DNA of 64,000 bases from Myxococcota bacterium (GCA_036337435.1 JAYZEG010000028.1:54507-118506), one strand, 5' to 3'. Positions 38,071 to 48,773 are shown, numbered from the stretch's first letter. Numbers and translations are program-made. Notes: generated by a model from the letters alone, not told the origin.

Positions 38071-38440
38071 GCTTTGAATACCGCTCAACGCGCAAAAGTC
38101 TTAAAGCCGTCAAGAGGGCTCGCTGGTTTTCTCGCTCTACTGATGCCCGTGGTGAGCCAGGGAAATACGGTTGAATTTAAATCTGACGGCGATACCTATC
38201 ATGCAGAGAAAAATGTCATGACAGCCACGCCAAGCATTGCCGACGTTGCCGTGGAGCGACCGAATCAGGTCCAGTATGGTCGTTCGACCACAGTTCACAG
38301 CCGGTATCGAGAGCGGTCACGCTTTGACGGTCGCGGCGCAATCGTCGATTTGGTCACCTAAGCGCAACAAAAAATAAAAAAGCAGACAATTTTTAACGGA
38401 TCTGTTGAAGGCTTGGCCGGGTTGCAGTAGATGACCAGAC

Positions 38441-41113
38441 ATGGCTCGTGTTGATGTGACTACCGAAGCAAAGAATGGGATTCCGGCCGGCGTTAAGTTG
38501 ACGCCGATGATGAAGCAGTATGTCGACGCCAAGTCGAAGTATCCGGATGCGTTGCTTTTCTTCCGTATGGGTGATTTCTACGAGATGTTCTTTGAGGATG
38601 CCGAGTTGGGTGGCCAGCACCTTGAACTGACGGTCACATCCCGAGACAAGGAATCGTCTGTGCCAGCACCGATGTCGGGCTTTCCTCATCATCAATTGCC
38701 GAGCTATCTGAGTCGTGCACTGGCTGCCGGGTTCAAAGTAGCGGTCTGTGAGCAGCTTGAAGATGCATCGCAAGCGCGTGGACTCGTCCGCAGGGGCATT
38801 ACTCAGGTGATTACACCCGGCGTTGTGATCGATTCTGAGAGCCTGGATGCTCGGGCCAATAATTATCTGGTGAGCGTTGTTCCTCATCCAACCGAGGCTG
38901 ATGTTTTCGGGCTGGCCGCATTGGATGTGAGCACTGGCGAATTTAAGGTAACTGAATTATTAGGCGCGAGTGCACTGCGTTGTGAAATGAGTCGAATCGA
39001 GCCCCGCGAGCTCATTGTTCGCGACGATAGCCAGGCACTTGAGGCGATTTTGGGCGCGCGCAGCAAAGGGCTGGCTATCTCCCGTCCTGGTGACCGTTTC
39101 TTTGAAGACTCAACAGCACACCCGCTTCTCGATTCCTTTGTCGGGCCGAGTGGCGAACCGTGCCTCGATGAATTACGCGGATTTGGCTTTGGGGTACCGG
39201 ACTTGGTGATTCGAGCGGCGGGTGCCGTTTTGGCTTATGTCAAAGATACCCAGCAACAAATTCCTCAACACACTCGACTGCTGGTGCCCTATCGAGTTCA
39301 TGAAACGCTGATCCTAGATGAAACGGCCAAAGCAAACCTTGAGTTGTTTCGAACGCTCATGGACGGGCGCAAACGAGGTGCTTTATTGGGTGTTCTGGAT
39401 CGGGCCGGAACCGCTATGGGAGGCCGCAAGATGCGCCAATGGATTTCCTATCCACTGATGGACCCAAAGGCGATTAATGAGCGGCTTGATGGCGTTGAGT
39501 GGCTGAAAGATAACCCAGAGAACCGAGCGCATATCCGAATTAGTTTGCAGGCCATGTACGATTTAGAGCGGCTCAATGCGCGCATCGGTTCGGGTGCTGC
39601 AAGTCCAAGGGATTTATGGTTTCTCAGAGTCAGTCTTGAGCGCATTCCTGAGTTGCTTGAGCAGTTAAGTGGCGTCGACGCTTTGGCATCCGTGACTGCG
39701 CGCATCGATCCCCTGGTCGACGTAGTTACCACCATCGCCTCGGCACTGGCTGACGATCCACCCGGCCAGCTAAAAGACGGCGGTGTCATTCGCCCTGGCC
39801 ACCACGCTGAACTCGATGAATGGACTGAGTTGGCGAGCTCTGGCAAAGAGTATCTCTTGGACCTGGAGCAGCGAGAACGCGAATCCACTGGGATCCCAAA
39901 CCTAAAGGTCCGATATAATCGTGTGTTCGGTTATTACATCGAGGTCAGTCGTTCCCACACCGCGAAAGTGCCGGAGCACTACGTCCGAAAACAAACGCTG
40001 ACGAATGCAGAGCGCTACTTCACCGAAGAATTGAAAGAATTTGAAGAAAAAGTAGTCACTGCGGAAAACCGACGACTCACTCTCGAAAGCGAGCTTTTTC
40101 AGGCACTCAGAACCGAGATCGCCGATGCGGCGAGTGCTATCGCTCAGACGGCGAGTGCCCTGGCCGAACTTGATGCGTTGACGGCACTTGCGGAAGTTGC
40201 CCATCAAAATGACTACTGTCGACCTATAGTAGACGATAGTGATGTCATCGACCTCGTCGATGCAAGGCATCCTGTGGTTGAAGAGGCTGTCGGCCGAGAA
40301 GATTTTGTTCCAAACTCGGTCCGTTTAGATCGGGAAGAACAGGCACTGGTCATATTGACCGGACCAAACATGGCGGGCAAGTCCACGGCGATGCGTCAGG
40401 TTGCTCTGATAACCTTGATGGCCCAGATGGGTAGCTTTGTACCCGCCGCTCGCGCTCAAATCGGCGTGGTCGACCGCATTTTTACACGAGTTGGCGCTGC
40501 AGATGATCTCGCTGCGGGACGCTCGACTTTTATGGTGGAAATGCATGAGACCGCGACGATCCTCCGAGAGGCCACGTCTCGAAGCCTACTGATCCTGGAC
40601 GAAATTGGACGAGGGACCAGTACTTTTGATGGTGTCAGTATCGCGTGGTCTGTCGCGGAATACATCCACGATGTGATCGGCGCTAAAACGCTATTCGCCA
40701 CCCATTATCATGAGTTGACAGACATGCAGGCGTCAAAACCTCGGGTCCGGAATTTTACCATCGCCGTGAAAGAATGGAATGACGAGGTAATTTTCCTGCG
40801 CCAACTGGTTGAAGGTGGGGCCAGTCGTTCATATGGGATCCAAGTGGCTCGGCTGGCCGGTCTGCCCAGTTCAGTCGTTGAAAGGTCCAAGGTCATCCTC
40901 AATGGATTGCAGGGCAGTGAACTTGATGGGCAAATAGTAGGAGATAACTCCCCCAGAACCGGTCACTCTATGCAGCTGAGTTTGTTTTCACCACCGCCAT
41001 TGAATGCAGCACCGTCAAAAGTTGAGAAAGCACTCAAAGCTGCAAATATCGATGAAATGACACCATTACAGGCACTCAACTTTGTCAATTCATTGCGTGG
41101 TCAGCTAGATTGA
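38441..41113 (+). CDS. mutS: DNA mismatch repair protein MutS
   Basis: TPMMKQY, FRMGDFYEMF, TGPNMAGKST, STFMVEM, DEIGRGTSTFDG, SYGIQVA; QLSLF clamp motif. Confidence 0.98.
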   Translation: MARVDVTTEAKNGIPAGVKLTPMMKQYVDAKSKYPDALLFFRMGDFYEMFFEDAELGGQHLELTVTSRDKESSVPAPMSGFPHHQLPSYLSRALAAGFKVAVCEQLEDASQARGLVRRGITQVITPGVVIDSESLDARANNYLVSVVPHPTEADVFGLAALDVSTGEFKVTELLGASALRCEMSRIEPRELIVRDDSQALEAILGARSKGLAISRPGDRFFEDSTAHPLLDSFVGPSGEPCLDELRGFGFGVPDLVIRAAGAVLAYVKDTQQQIPQHTRLLVPYRVHETLILDETAKANLELFRTLMDGRKRGALLGVLDRAGTAMGGRKMRQWISYPLMDPKAINERLDGVEWLKDNPENRAHIRISLQAMYDLERLNARIGSGAASPRDLWFLRVSLERIPELLEQLSGVDALASVTARIDPLVDVVTTIASALADDPPGQLKDGGVIRPGHHAELDEWTELASSGKEYLLDLEQRERESTGIPNLKVRYNRVFGYYIEVSRSHTAKVPEHYVRKQTLTNAERYFTEELKEFEEKVVTAENRRLTLESELFQALRTEIADAASAIAQTASALAELDALTALAEVAHQNDYCRPIVDDSDVIDLVDARHPVVEEAVGREDFVPNSVRLDREEQALVILTGPNMAGKSTAMRQVALITLMAQMGSFVPAARAQIGVVDRIFTRVGAADDLAAGRSTFMVEMHETATILREATSRSLLILDEIGRGTSTFDGVSIAWSVAEYIHDVIGAKTLFATHYHELTDMQASKPRVRNFTIAVKEWNDEVIFLRQLVEGGASRSYGIQVARLAGLPSSVVERSKVILNGLQGSELDGQIVGDNSPRTGHSMQLSLFSPPPLNAAPSKVEKALKAANIDEMTPLQALNFVNSLRGQLD

Positions 41114-42033
41114 ATGAAATGGTCGACAACCAATCGGCACTCGATGCTGCTATCGATGATTATTTAGACTGGCTGCGTGTGGAGCGCGGTCTGTCAAAGA
41201 ATACCTTGACGGCCTATCAACGGGACATTGCCTCCTTTGTTCAGCACCTCGATGATGAGATTGATTTGGATGGGGTCAGCGAGCAGCATGTCTTAAGTTG
41301 GTTGAGCAAACGATACAGTGCTGGTATCAGCAAGCGGACTCAATCGAGGCAGTTGATCTCGGTGCGAGGTTTCTTCAAATATTTGAATGCTGAAGACATC
41401 TTGTCGCACAATCCGACATCAAGGATCGACCTTCCGAAGGTCGGTCGACCACTCCCGAAAACCATGACTTTGGATGATGTCGAGCGACTCCTGGCAGCCC
41501 CAGATGTCAATGACAAGCTGGGTCTACGTGATCGAACGATGTTTGAAGTTCTATATGCCACAGGGGTTCGAGTTTCAGAACTGGTCAGCTTGGAGGTCGG
41601 TCAACTCCATCTAGAAATGGGTTACATCCGAGTCATAGGCAAAGGGCGCAAAGAACGTTTGGTTCCCCTGGGGGATGTGGCCCGCAAATGGCTCGAACAT
41701 TACCTCATGATCGCCCGGAGCGTATTGACCAAAGGCGACCGCCAGCGAAACGCCAGTCTGGCAGTTTTTCCAAGCCGTCTGGGCCGTGCAATGACTCGGC
41801 AAGGTTTTTTTAAACTGGTAAAGAAGTACGCGAGCCGGGCAGAAATCAAGGGCGATATCAGCCCACATACGCTGCGACATGCATTTGCTACCCATCTATT
41901 AGAGCGCGGTGTTGACTTGCGAAGTTTACAGATGATGCTCGGACACGTTGACATTTCTACGACTGAAATATACACCCATTTGTCTCGAGTCCGCTTGGCT
42001 CAAATTCACGCAAAACACCATCCCAGGGGTTAA
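41110..42033 (+). CDS. xerD: site-specific tyrosine recombinase XerD
   Basis: ERGLS-NT--AY--D, YATG-RVSEL, GKG-KERLVP, SPHTLRHAFATHLL, LGH-DISTT-IYTH, HHPR. Confidence 0.95.
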   Translation: MNEMVDNQSALDAAIDDYLDWLRVERGLSKNTLTAYQRDIASFVQHLDDEIDLDGVSEQHVLSWLSKRYSAGISKRTQSRQLISVRGFFKYLNAEDILSHNPTSRIDLPKVGRPLPKTMTLDDVERLLAAPDVNDKLGLRDRTMFEVLYATGVRVSELVSLEVGQLHLEMGYIRVIGKGRKERLVPLGDVARKWLEHYLMIARSVLTKGDRQRNASLAVFPSRLGRAMTRQGFFKLVKKYASRAEIKGDISPHTLRHAFATHLLERGVDLRSLQMMLGHVDISTTEIYTHLSRVRLAQIHAKHHPRG

Positions 42034-42034
42034 T

Positions 42035-42664
42035 GTGATCGACCTTCGTAGTGCAATTGTCCTGTTTCTGGCGCTCGTTATCTCGCTGACAATCCACGAG
42101 TTCGCCCATGCGTGGATGGCCAACAGATTGGGTGATCCCACGCCTCGACAAGCAGGTCGCCTCACTCTTAATCCGATGGTTTTATTTAGGGCACATCCGT
42201 TTGGTGCTCTGATCGTGCCCCTGATGGCGGCTCTTCAGGGATTTTTGATCGGATGGGCAGCAACGCCGGTAAACCCAAGTCGAGTTCGTCGTTCTGTGAC
42301 ACTGCGAAAAGCAGAATTCCTGATCAGTTTCGCGGGTCCTGTCAGCAACGTTTTACTGGGGCTTTTGTCTGGCGTGGTTTACGCAATTTTGATCCGGACC
42401 GGCACCCCGGCCTTGGAACCCATGATTCAGCTGACTAGGGCAATGGTTTTTGCCAATGTCATTCTTGCTGTTTTGAATATGATTCCGATCCCGCCCCTCG
42501 ATGGATTTACGGTTTTGAGAACGGCCATCCCAACGAGCCCTGCCATCGGCTTTTTGACTCAATACGGCACCATCATTCTCATCATTTTTTTCATTTATGG
42601 GCAGCATCTATTTAGCCCATTCTTGAGGCTGGCCGGGTCGTTCTTAGGGATGCTGGAACCGTGA
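42035..42664 (+). CDS. site-2 protease family (M50) peptidase
   Basis: HEFAHA, LGDPTP--AGRLTLNP, AGPVSN, NMIPIPPLDG. Confidence 0.92.
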   Translation: MIDLRSAIVLFLALVISLTIHEFAHAWMANRLGDPTPRQAGRLTLNPMVLFRAHPFGALIVPLMAALQGFLIGWAATPVNPSRVRRSVTLRKAEFLISFAGPVSNVLLGLLSGVVYAILIRTGTPALEPMIQLTRAMVFANVILAVLNMIPIPPLDGFTVLRTAIPTSPAIGFLTQYGTIILIIFFIYGQHLFSPFLRLAGSFLGMLEP

Positions 42665-43530
42665 GCACCGAGCAGAAACCTAGCCAGTTAAATATAGGCG
42701 ATGAGGTATCCGTTGATGACCATGACTCAACGGCAGGTTCTGTGGACGGCCCTGTTGCGCTTACGGACAGTCGGTATCAAATACATCTGCCTAATTTTGA
42801 TGGCCCGCTCGACTTATTGCTTCACTTGATTCGCAAGGAGGAGTTGGACATCTTCGACATCTCTGTGTCGCGATTGACAGCCGCATACTTAGATACTCTC
42901 AGTTTAATGAAACGGACTGGCATAGAGCCGGCCAGTAATTTTTTATTGATGGCAGCAACGCTGATGCAGTTGAAAAGTAAGCTCCTCTTACCGAAGCCAG
43001 AATCGGACGATGAGGAGCTGGGCGACGAGATTGATCCTCGTCTTGAGCTCATGAATCAGTTGCTTGCGTATCAAGCCTTCAAAGAAGCGGCCCAACATTT
43101 GGACAGCGAGATCAGACTGGGTCGAGAGGTGTTCATCAGACCACCTGGTCAGGACAAGCCCCGCGAAGAAGACCCCGATTTGACCAATCACGACGTCTAT
43201 CGTTTGGCGACTGCGTTTAGAGACTTACTCAAAAAAGAATCCTACCAGGCACCTCATGAAATCTACGTCGAGCGCATTACAATCGGCGAGCGAATCGCGC
43301 AAATTGCAGATAAGCTTGCTGCTCTCGGACAGGTTAGCTTCGCCCACCTGGTTGAAAATACATCGACTCGGGAAGAGGTGATAACGACTTTTCTGGCTTT
43401 GCTTGAAATGGCCCGGCTCAAATTGATTGGCGTTGAGCAAAGAGGGCCAAATACGCCGCTATACATCCAATCATCCGTCGATAAAATTGCGCAGCGAGGT
43501 GAAGTCGCAGCAGGTATGCTGGCCGAATAA
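42661..43530 (+). CDS. scpA: segregation and condensation protein A
   Basis: FDGPLDLLLHLI, FLLMAATL--LKS--LLP, DPR-EL, TFLALLEM. Confidence 0.95.
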   Translation: MSTEQKPSQLNIGDEVSVDDHDSTAGSVDGPVALTDSRYQIHLPNFDGPLDLLLHLIRKEELDIFDISVSRLTAAYLDTLSLMKRTGIEPASNFLLMAATLMQLKSKLLLPKPESDDEELGDEIDPRLELMNQLLAYQAFKEAAQHLDSEIRLGREVFIRPPGQDKPREEDPDLTNHDVYRLATAFRDLLKKESYQAPHEIYVERITIGERIAQIADKLAALGQVSFAHLVENTSTREEVITTFLALLEMARLKLIGVEQRGPNTPLYIQSSVDKIAQRGEVAAGMLAE

Positions 43531-43585
43531 ACGTGTCCGGTATCTACAATCAGGAAAAAGGGGCTCCAGTGTGCCTCGGCTGAAT

Positions 43586-44275
43586 TTACTTCTCGGAGTC
43601 GACCTTCGACTGACCGGATACAGCCTCAGCTGACACCGGCATTGCATTCTTAAAACGGTCAGCCAGCGTCTCGGTCACCTGGAACTGCAGCTGGGCGGCT
43701 TGATCTGAATCTAATTCGTCCAATGACCGAAGTGTCGGTAGAGCTGAGATGTTTTTCATCGAAAAAGTCTCCAGGAAGAGGGCGGTCGTTCCGTACAAAA
43801 GGGGTCGACCGACGTCATCGCTTTTACCCGTGATTCGGATCAGTCCCTTTTCGAGTAAGCTCCGTACAACGCCACCACAGTCGACACCGCGAACATTCTC
43901 AATTTCGTGTCGAGTACATGGCTGTTTGTAAGCGATCACCGCTAAGGCCTCGAGTGCAGCTTTACTGAGTCGAAGCTTCCGTTCGGGCCAAAGTCGTCGA
44001 ACCATATTGCCTAATCGAGGGGCCGTTCTAAAACGCCAACCGTCGGCAACCTCGACCAATTCAATACCCATTTCGCCATCGTAATCTTGGGCGAGCTCTT
44101 GGAGTGCACCTTGCAGTTGATTGTCATGAACAGGGGTAGGCCATTCTTCTTCATCAACCGCACCATTGATGAGGTCGAGTAAGATGGACATGCTGAGCGG
44201 GCCATCTGCTGCGAGTAGTAATGCGCAAAGCAACCCTTTCAGTTCTCTTTTTTGGTTTTCACCCGGGGTCGGCAT
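43586..44275 (-). CDS. scpB: segregation and condensation protein B
   Basis: L-EVADGW-FRT, LSKAALEALAVIAYKQP-TR-EIE--RGV, GRPLLYGTT--FL--F. Confidence 0.95.
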   Translation of the reverse strand: MPTPGENQKRELKGLLCALLLAADGPLSMSILLDLINGAVDEEEWPTPVHDNQLQGALQELAQDYDGEMGIELVEVADGWRFRTAPRLGNMVRRLWPERKLRLSKAALEALAVIAYKQPCTRHEIENVRGVDCGGVVRSLLEKGLIRITGKSDDVGRPLLYGTTALFLETFSMKNISALPTLRSLDELDSDQAAQLQFQVTETLADRFKNAMPVSAEAVSGQSKVDSEK

Positions 44276-46457
44276 CGAGAAATTGCTCCAAGGCCTGTCG
44301 GAGCGATTTTGCACCGTCCGGGTTCGAGTCCAAAAGGTTCTTCTTTTCTTTTGGGTCGGATCTGAGATCAAAGATTTCGAGAATGTTATCGGTCACGTTC
44401 TGGATCACTTTGAACTGTCCCGACCGGTCAATGGCTGCGACCATATGAGTCTTGTAATTTGGATACGGTAGTTGTTCGACAAAGACTGGTTTTCTGGGAA
44501 TCGTCCCCGTGCCTGTCCATAATCCGACCATACTCTCACCCATGGCTGTCTCTGTTTTGACGCCAGTCATTTCGCCCAGGGTTGGGAGTAGATCAACCAA
44601 GCCAATTGTGGTTTTGATTCGTTTCGACTCCGCTCCAGGTATCCGGATGATAAGAGTTACTTTTACCTCCTCGTTGTAGACCGTCCGACCATGGAAATAG
44701 AAGCCGTGCTCTTTGAATGCTTCTCCGTGGTCACTGGTGAGCACCACGATTGTATTGCGAGCCCAAATCCCGCTGTCCAGGCGCTCTAGGACCGGCTTGA
44801 TGTGGTGGTCCACGAAGGCAATTTCGCTGTCATACTTGTTCGATAACCCCTTTTTCCCGAAGACCTTAACGTCTGGGTGGTTCATGTAGCGACTGTGTGG
44901 GTCGAAATAGTGAGCGAAGAGCACAAATCGTTGTTTGCGTTTCTCCAGCTCATCGAGTCGGGTCATGATCTTCTGAGTGATCAGCGGTGCCGCCGACTGC
45001 GTATTACTTTTCTTTATGCTGAGCGCGCCACGATTGTCCCAGAAGTGAATCCCTTTCTCAAATCCCTTCGCTTTCTCAAAATACCAATGGGCGCTGACCA
45101 TTTCCGTACGCCAGCCAGCGGCTCCAAAAATTTTGAACAGGGTCTGATTCGCATCGGTCAACTGACCGTAATTCGCGTAGCGTTTCTCCCAACTGATACG
45201 ACTGGGGTAGCGCCCTGTAATCATCGATGGGAATGAGCGGGGCGTATTTGGAGCTTGGCCATAGACATTCTCGAAGAGCACACTTTTCCGAGCGAATGCA
45301 TCGATATTTGGGCTGGTTTCGCGCGTGTATCCATAGATGCCTAGCCGGTCAGGGCGCAAGGTGTCGATCATGATGAAAACGATGTTGTACGGCTTGGCCT
45401 CAATACGAGGGGCTACGGCGATTTTTTCAGGGGCCTTATCCGATTCATCTTTCTCTGGCTTGACCTCTGTTTTCAAGTCACCACCGCGGCAATTTTCGTC
45501 GATGTTATTGTCTGGGATTTCTTTTGCTTTTGGGCTGATCAATGGGTCTGCGTCGTTGCAGTCACCGCCCGCGAAAGCGTCCGAGAAGCCGTCTCCATCA
45601 TTGTCTGTGAGTGTTCGCAAAACATTGAGTGTGAGCTGACTCGAGGCCCCTTGCTTTACGATCGTCGATGCTCGCTTCGACCAATCATCGTCTCCGGTTA
45701 ATATGAGACCGCCGCACAGCAGTGTAACCGCGCCAACGGCGCGCACTAGATGATGTATAATTGTGTGATTATTCCTGGTTATCGCGAACAGGACATAGCT
45801 TCCTACGAGTGCCAGAATCGGTGACGTAAAGCGCTCGATTCGATAGGCACCTAAGTCCATCCGGCTGATCATGATGAGAATGAGTAGGCCGCCGAGGACA
45901 GCCACGATGACCGGAAATAAAACGAGGGGTCGCCCGCCAGATGTCAACTTGTTCAGTATCGCTCGCACGACGGGCCTGATTCCGATGGTGACGATGACAC
46001 CCACCATCGCGGCAGCGAAACTACCAAGACCCAGAAAGGCCATGGTCATCAGCTTCTGATTAAAATCATGTGCAACCCCGCCAAGAAACGCGACGATGCC
46101 AGCTGTGCTCATGACGCCAAGTAGGCTCGAGTAAACGGTTGCAGCCCAGGCCACACGGATGTTTTTATCGCCCTCGGTGAGGTATCTGCGGTGCCAGCTG
46201 GTTGGCGACCAGTAATCCGCCAAATTTGGATAGATAACGAAAGCGATGAGGGCAAACGGAATGGCCAACAGTGCAGCGAGTCCGACGGCCGCTGCAAGTG
46301 CTGTGCTGGTCTCCAGTGCCTCGCCAGTTAAATAGTTGAAGCCCTCATAGACCCCCATCAATCCAAAGGTCGACCAAGTACATAGAGCAGCATTGATTGA
46401 TTTAGACATAGGTTTTTTCATGGGATGTTCATAATCGCCCTCGGTACCGGCTGTCAA
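44259..46457 (-). CDS. multi-TM sulfatase-like / alkaline-phosphatase-superfamily protein with MopE-like motif
   Basis: ~7 TM helices; DNDGDGFS...DCND...EIPDNNIDENC; IDTLRPD, TSPNID, APNTPRS, HYFDPH, YDSEI, TSDHGE. Confidence 0.88.
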   Translation of the reverse strand: MTAGTEGDYEHPMKKPMSKSINAALCTWSTFGLMGVYEGFNYLTGEALETSTALAAAVGLAALLAIPFALIAFVIYPNLADYWSPTSWHRRYLTEGDKNIRVAWAATVYSSLLGVMSTAGIVAFLGGVAHDFNQKLMTMAFLGLGSFAAAMVGVIVTIGIRPVVRAILNKLTSGGRPLVLFPVIVAVLGGLLILIMISRMDLGAYRIERFTSPILALVGSYVLFAITRNNHTIIHHLVRAVGAVTLLCGGLILTGDDDWSKRASTIVKQGASSQLTLNVLRTLTDNDGDGFSDAFAGGDCNDADPLISPKAKEIPDNNIDENCRGGDLKTEVKPEKDESDKAPEKIAVAPRIEAKPYNIVFIMIDTLRPDRLGIYGYTRETSPNIDAFARKSVLFENVYGQAPNTPRSFPSMITGRYPSRISWEKRYANYGQLTDANQTLFKIFGAAGWRTEMVSAHWYFEKAKGFEKGIHFWDNRGALSIKKSNTQSAAPLITQKIMTRLDELEKRKQRFVLFAHYFDPHSRYMNHPDVKVFGKKGLSNKYDSEIAFVDHHIKPVLERLDSGIWARNTIVVLTSDHGEAFKEHGFYFHGRTVYNEEVKVTLIIRIPGAESKRIKTTIGLVDLLPTLGEMTGVKTETAMGESMVGLWTGTGTIPRKPVFVEQLPYPNYKTHMVAAIDRSGQFKVIQNVTDNILEIFDLRSDPKEKKNLLDSNPDGAKSLRQALEQFLDADPG

Positions 46458-46561
46458 TCCATGCGCGTCACTCTCTGCATCCGAAGGACACCTCCGTTCG
46501 ATGTGAATCGGTCATATCAGGAGCTTGACGTGGCGGTTGAGTCACCGCAGGATGGAACCTC

Positions 46562-48601
46562 GTGAAAGTTCTATTTGCCAGTATTGTACTGTCTCTTACG
46601 CTGTGCCTAGGCTGCGGGACGGATGAGCCAAGAATCGCTGACTCCGGTGTCGATTTGGGTGCGATTCGAGATGCGCGCCCGAGTGCCAAACTGAGGGACG
46701 AACCGCCATTGCTGAAGGCACCCATCAGTGCGGTGCGCGGAGAACACCAACGAAGCGATTCGATTTTGGAACAGTGGACTTGGGCGACAGTAGGTCGGGA
46801 TGGAATCGGGTTCGGACCCAACAGTCCCGGTTGGGATTCCCTGGCAAAACTCACCGGTCGGACTCCTTGGAGTCCTGTTCGAAACTTTCATGGACGAAAA
46901 GCAGCTCGCCTCTACAGCATCGGTGTAACCATCGCCTTTCCCGTTGGCCAGGAAGGACCCGGATTGAGATATCTGTCCATGTGGCTTAGGCCGAGGATTC
47001 AACGACAGGCGGCCAGTGTATTTCTCGATGGGAAATCAATTGGGACCATTCGGCTCAAAAAGGGCTGGCACAAATACACACTACCGATTTCAAAAAATGG
47101 GTTGGGTGTTGGAGAGCATAAGCTGCGACTTTGGTTCAGGCGAACCCTCTTGCATCGCAAGCGCCGCTCATCCGTTGACTTTGCTGGGGCGTGGTTTTCG
47201 CCTATTAAGAGCTCTTCGCCGCCTGAATCATGGTTGTCAGATGAAGATGAGTTGGTATGGAACGCGGGTCCACCAACCCGCTGGTCCATCGATTTACAAG
47301 TGCCTCACAACAGTGAAGTGCTGGCCACCGCCGAGGTGAATGATGGAGGATCCGCGGACTTTTCCATCCATGTGTCTGTTGATGGTGGCGGTACGACGGA
47401 GGTCGTCCGAAAAAAGATTGACGATGGACAAACGGAGCAGCTCAAAGCGGATTTAGGACGCTGGGCGGGTCGAATCGTTCGACTCCACTTTCGAAGCAGT
47501 GGTGCCGGTCGTCCAATCGAATCTGCACAGTGGAGCCAGATCGATGTGCGACGTAAGATCTCAACGTATGAACCGGTGCCAACCATAAGAAACATTGTTT
47601 TGTTCGTTGTCGAAGGCCTATGGGCGGATGCCGTCCGTTTGGGCCGGGCGGGTGACTTCGTCGATACACGAAACATTGAATTACTCGCGTCGGAAGGTGG
47701 GATCGGACTGGAGACATGGTCTGGTGGTCTATCGAATATTGATGCGCACAGGCGGATTTTGGGCCCGACCTCATCCAAGGGGTCGTGGATGCAACGCCTG
47801 AGGGAGAATGGCATTGGCACCAGCATTTGGACAACCAATCCCAAACTTTCACAGTCTCTAACCCATGGTTTTACGAGCATCAATGGCCCAAAAACTCTCG
47901 ATCGAAAAGCGGGCTTTGAAGCAGAATTCAAAGCACTTGATGAATGGCTTTATACCCGCGGTAGGAAGCCGTTTTTCATGTACATTGATCTGGCTATGCC
48001 GATCCGGGGTCGGAGGCTCGCGGACGAGGAGACATTTAGAGCGATTCCGCTATCGGAGAGGGTACCAGAAGTAACCGAGAAAGCTGTTTTACAGGCTGAT
48101 TTTTGGATTGGCCAGACGGTTGGTGCTCTGAATAATTACGGTCTGTCCGATGACACAGCCGTTATCATTACGGGGTCTGCCACCCGGACACGTGGCAGCT
48201 ATCGCGGCACGACACTGTCTCCTGCAAGATTGGCTGTCCCGATGATCATTTGGCACCCAAAAATGAGAGCGCCAGGCTTTGTGAGAAAGCCGGTAAACGG
48301 TCTAGACCTGGCGGACCTTAGGCGGACTATCGAAGATTTGTTGGGTGCGCGGATGGGTCCGGATGAAAATTCACGTTCGGTCCTTGAAAACCTCTTTTAC
48401 GAGAAGCCTTTGGCGGTTCGCCATGCCAGTGCGAAAACGCCCTACGGTTGGGTTATTCGATACGGCGAATGGTTACTTTGGCCAAGAGCGGCCATCAAGG
48501 ACCGTCTTTGGCATAGAGGTGATGTCAACGCGCCACGTGATATAACGGAGCACCCAATCATCGTCCGCGCTTTGCGTCGGCGAGCATCGGGGACACGCTG
48601 A
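46562..48601 (+). CDS. lipoprotein with degenerate sulfatase-like C-terminal domain
   Basis: lipobox CLGC; NIVLFVVEGLWAD, PFFMYID, AD-WIG, DTAVIIT, VPMII. Confidence 0.65.
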   Translation: MKVLFASIVLSLTLCLGCGTDEPRIADSGVDLGAIRDARPSAKLRDEPPLLKAPISAVRGEHQRSDSILEQWTWATVGRDGIGFGPNSPGWDSLAKLTGRTPWSPVRNFHGRKAARLYSIGVTIAFPVGQEGPGLRYLSMWLRPRIQRQAASVFLDGKSIGTIRLKKGWHKYTLPISKNGLGVGEHKLRLWFRRTLLHRKRRSSVDFAGAWFSPIKSSSPPESWLSDEDELVWNAGPPTRWSIDLQVPHNSEVLATAEVNDGGSADFSIHVSVDGGGTTEVVRKKIDDGQTEQLKADLGRWAGRIVRLHFRSSGAGRPIESAQWSQIDVRRKISTYEPVPTIRNIVLFVVEGLWADAVRLGRAGDFVDTRNIELLASEGGIGLETWSGGLSNIDAHRRILGPTSSKGSWMQRLRENGIGTSIWTTNPKLSQSLTHGFTSINGPKTLDRKAGFEAEFKALDEWLYTRGRKPFFMYIDLAMPIRGRRLADEETFRAIPLSERVPEVTEKAVLQADFWIGQTVGALNNYGLSDDTAVIITGSATRTRGSYRGTTLSPARLAVPMIIWHPKMRAPGFVRKPVNGLDLADLRRTIEDLLGARMGPDENSRSVLENLFYEKPLAVRHASAKTPYGWVIRYGEWLLWPRAAIKDRLWHRGDVNAPRDITEHPIIVRALRRRASGTR

Positions 48602-48682
48602 ACTGCTGCTTGTCAACTGCGACACTGAACGGTGCGCATGGTGACAATTTGGGACAGCGCGCTTTAATAATCCGGCCTAGTC

Positions 48683-48711
48683 TTGACATTCTGGTCGTTG
48701 ATCTATAGGTT
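48683..48711 (+). promoter_or_regulatory. sigma70-type promoter of the rpsP operon
   Basis: TTGACA-N17-TAGGTT upstream of rpsP; AGGAG RBS. Confidence 0.55.
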
Positions 48712-48773
48712 CCACCGTCCTGCAACGTGTCGTTGACGGGTTTAAACCATATTTAATCAGGAGATTTGGGCCA

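Noticed and set aside
38074..38361. 95-aa ORF between the DnaJ-like gene and mutS
   Set aside because: TTG start, no recognisable motif or RBS; probably overlaps the mutS promoter region
41110..42033. Tyrosine recombinase as a phage or island integrase
   Set aside because: XerD-specific motifs and housekeeping context (mutS, M50 protease, scpA); no att repeats, tRNA or cargo seen
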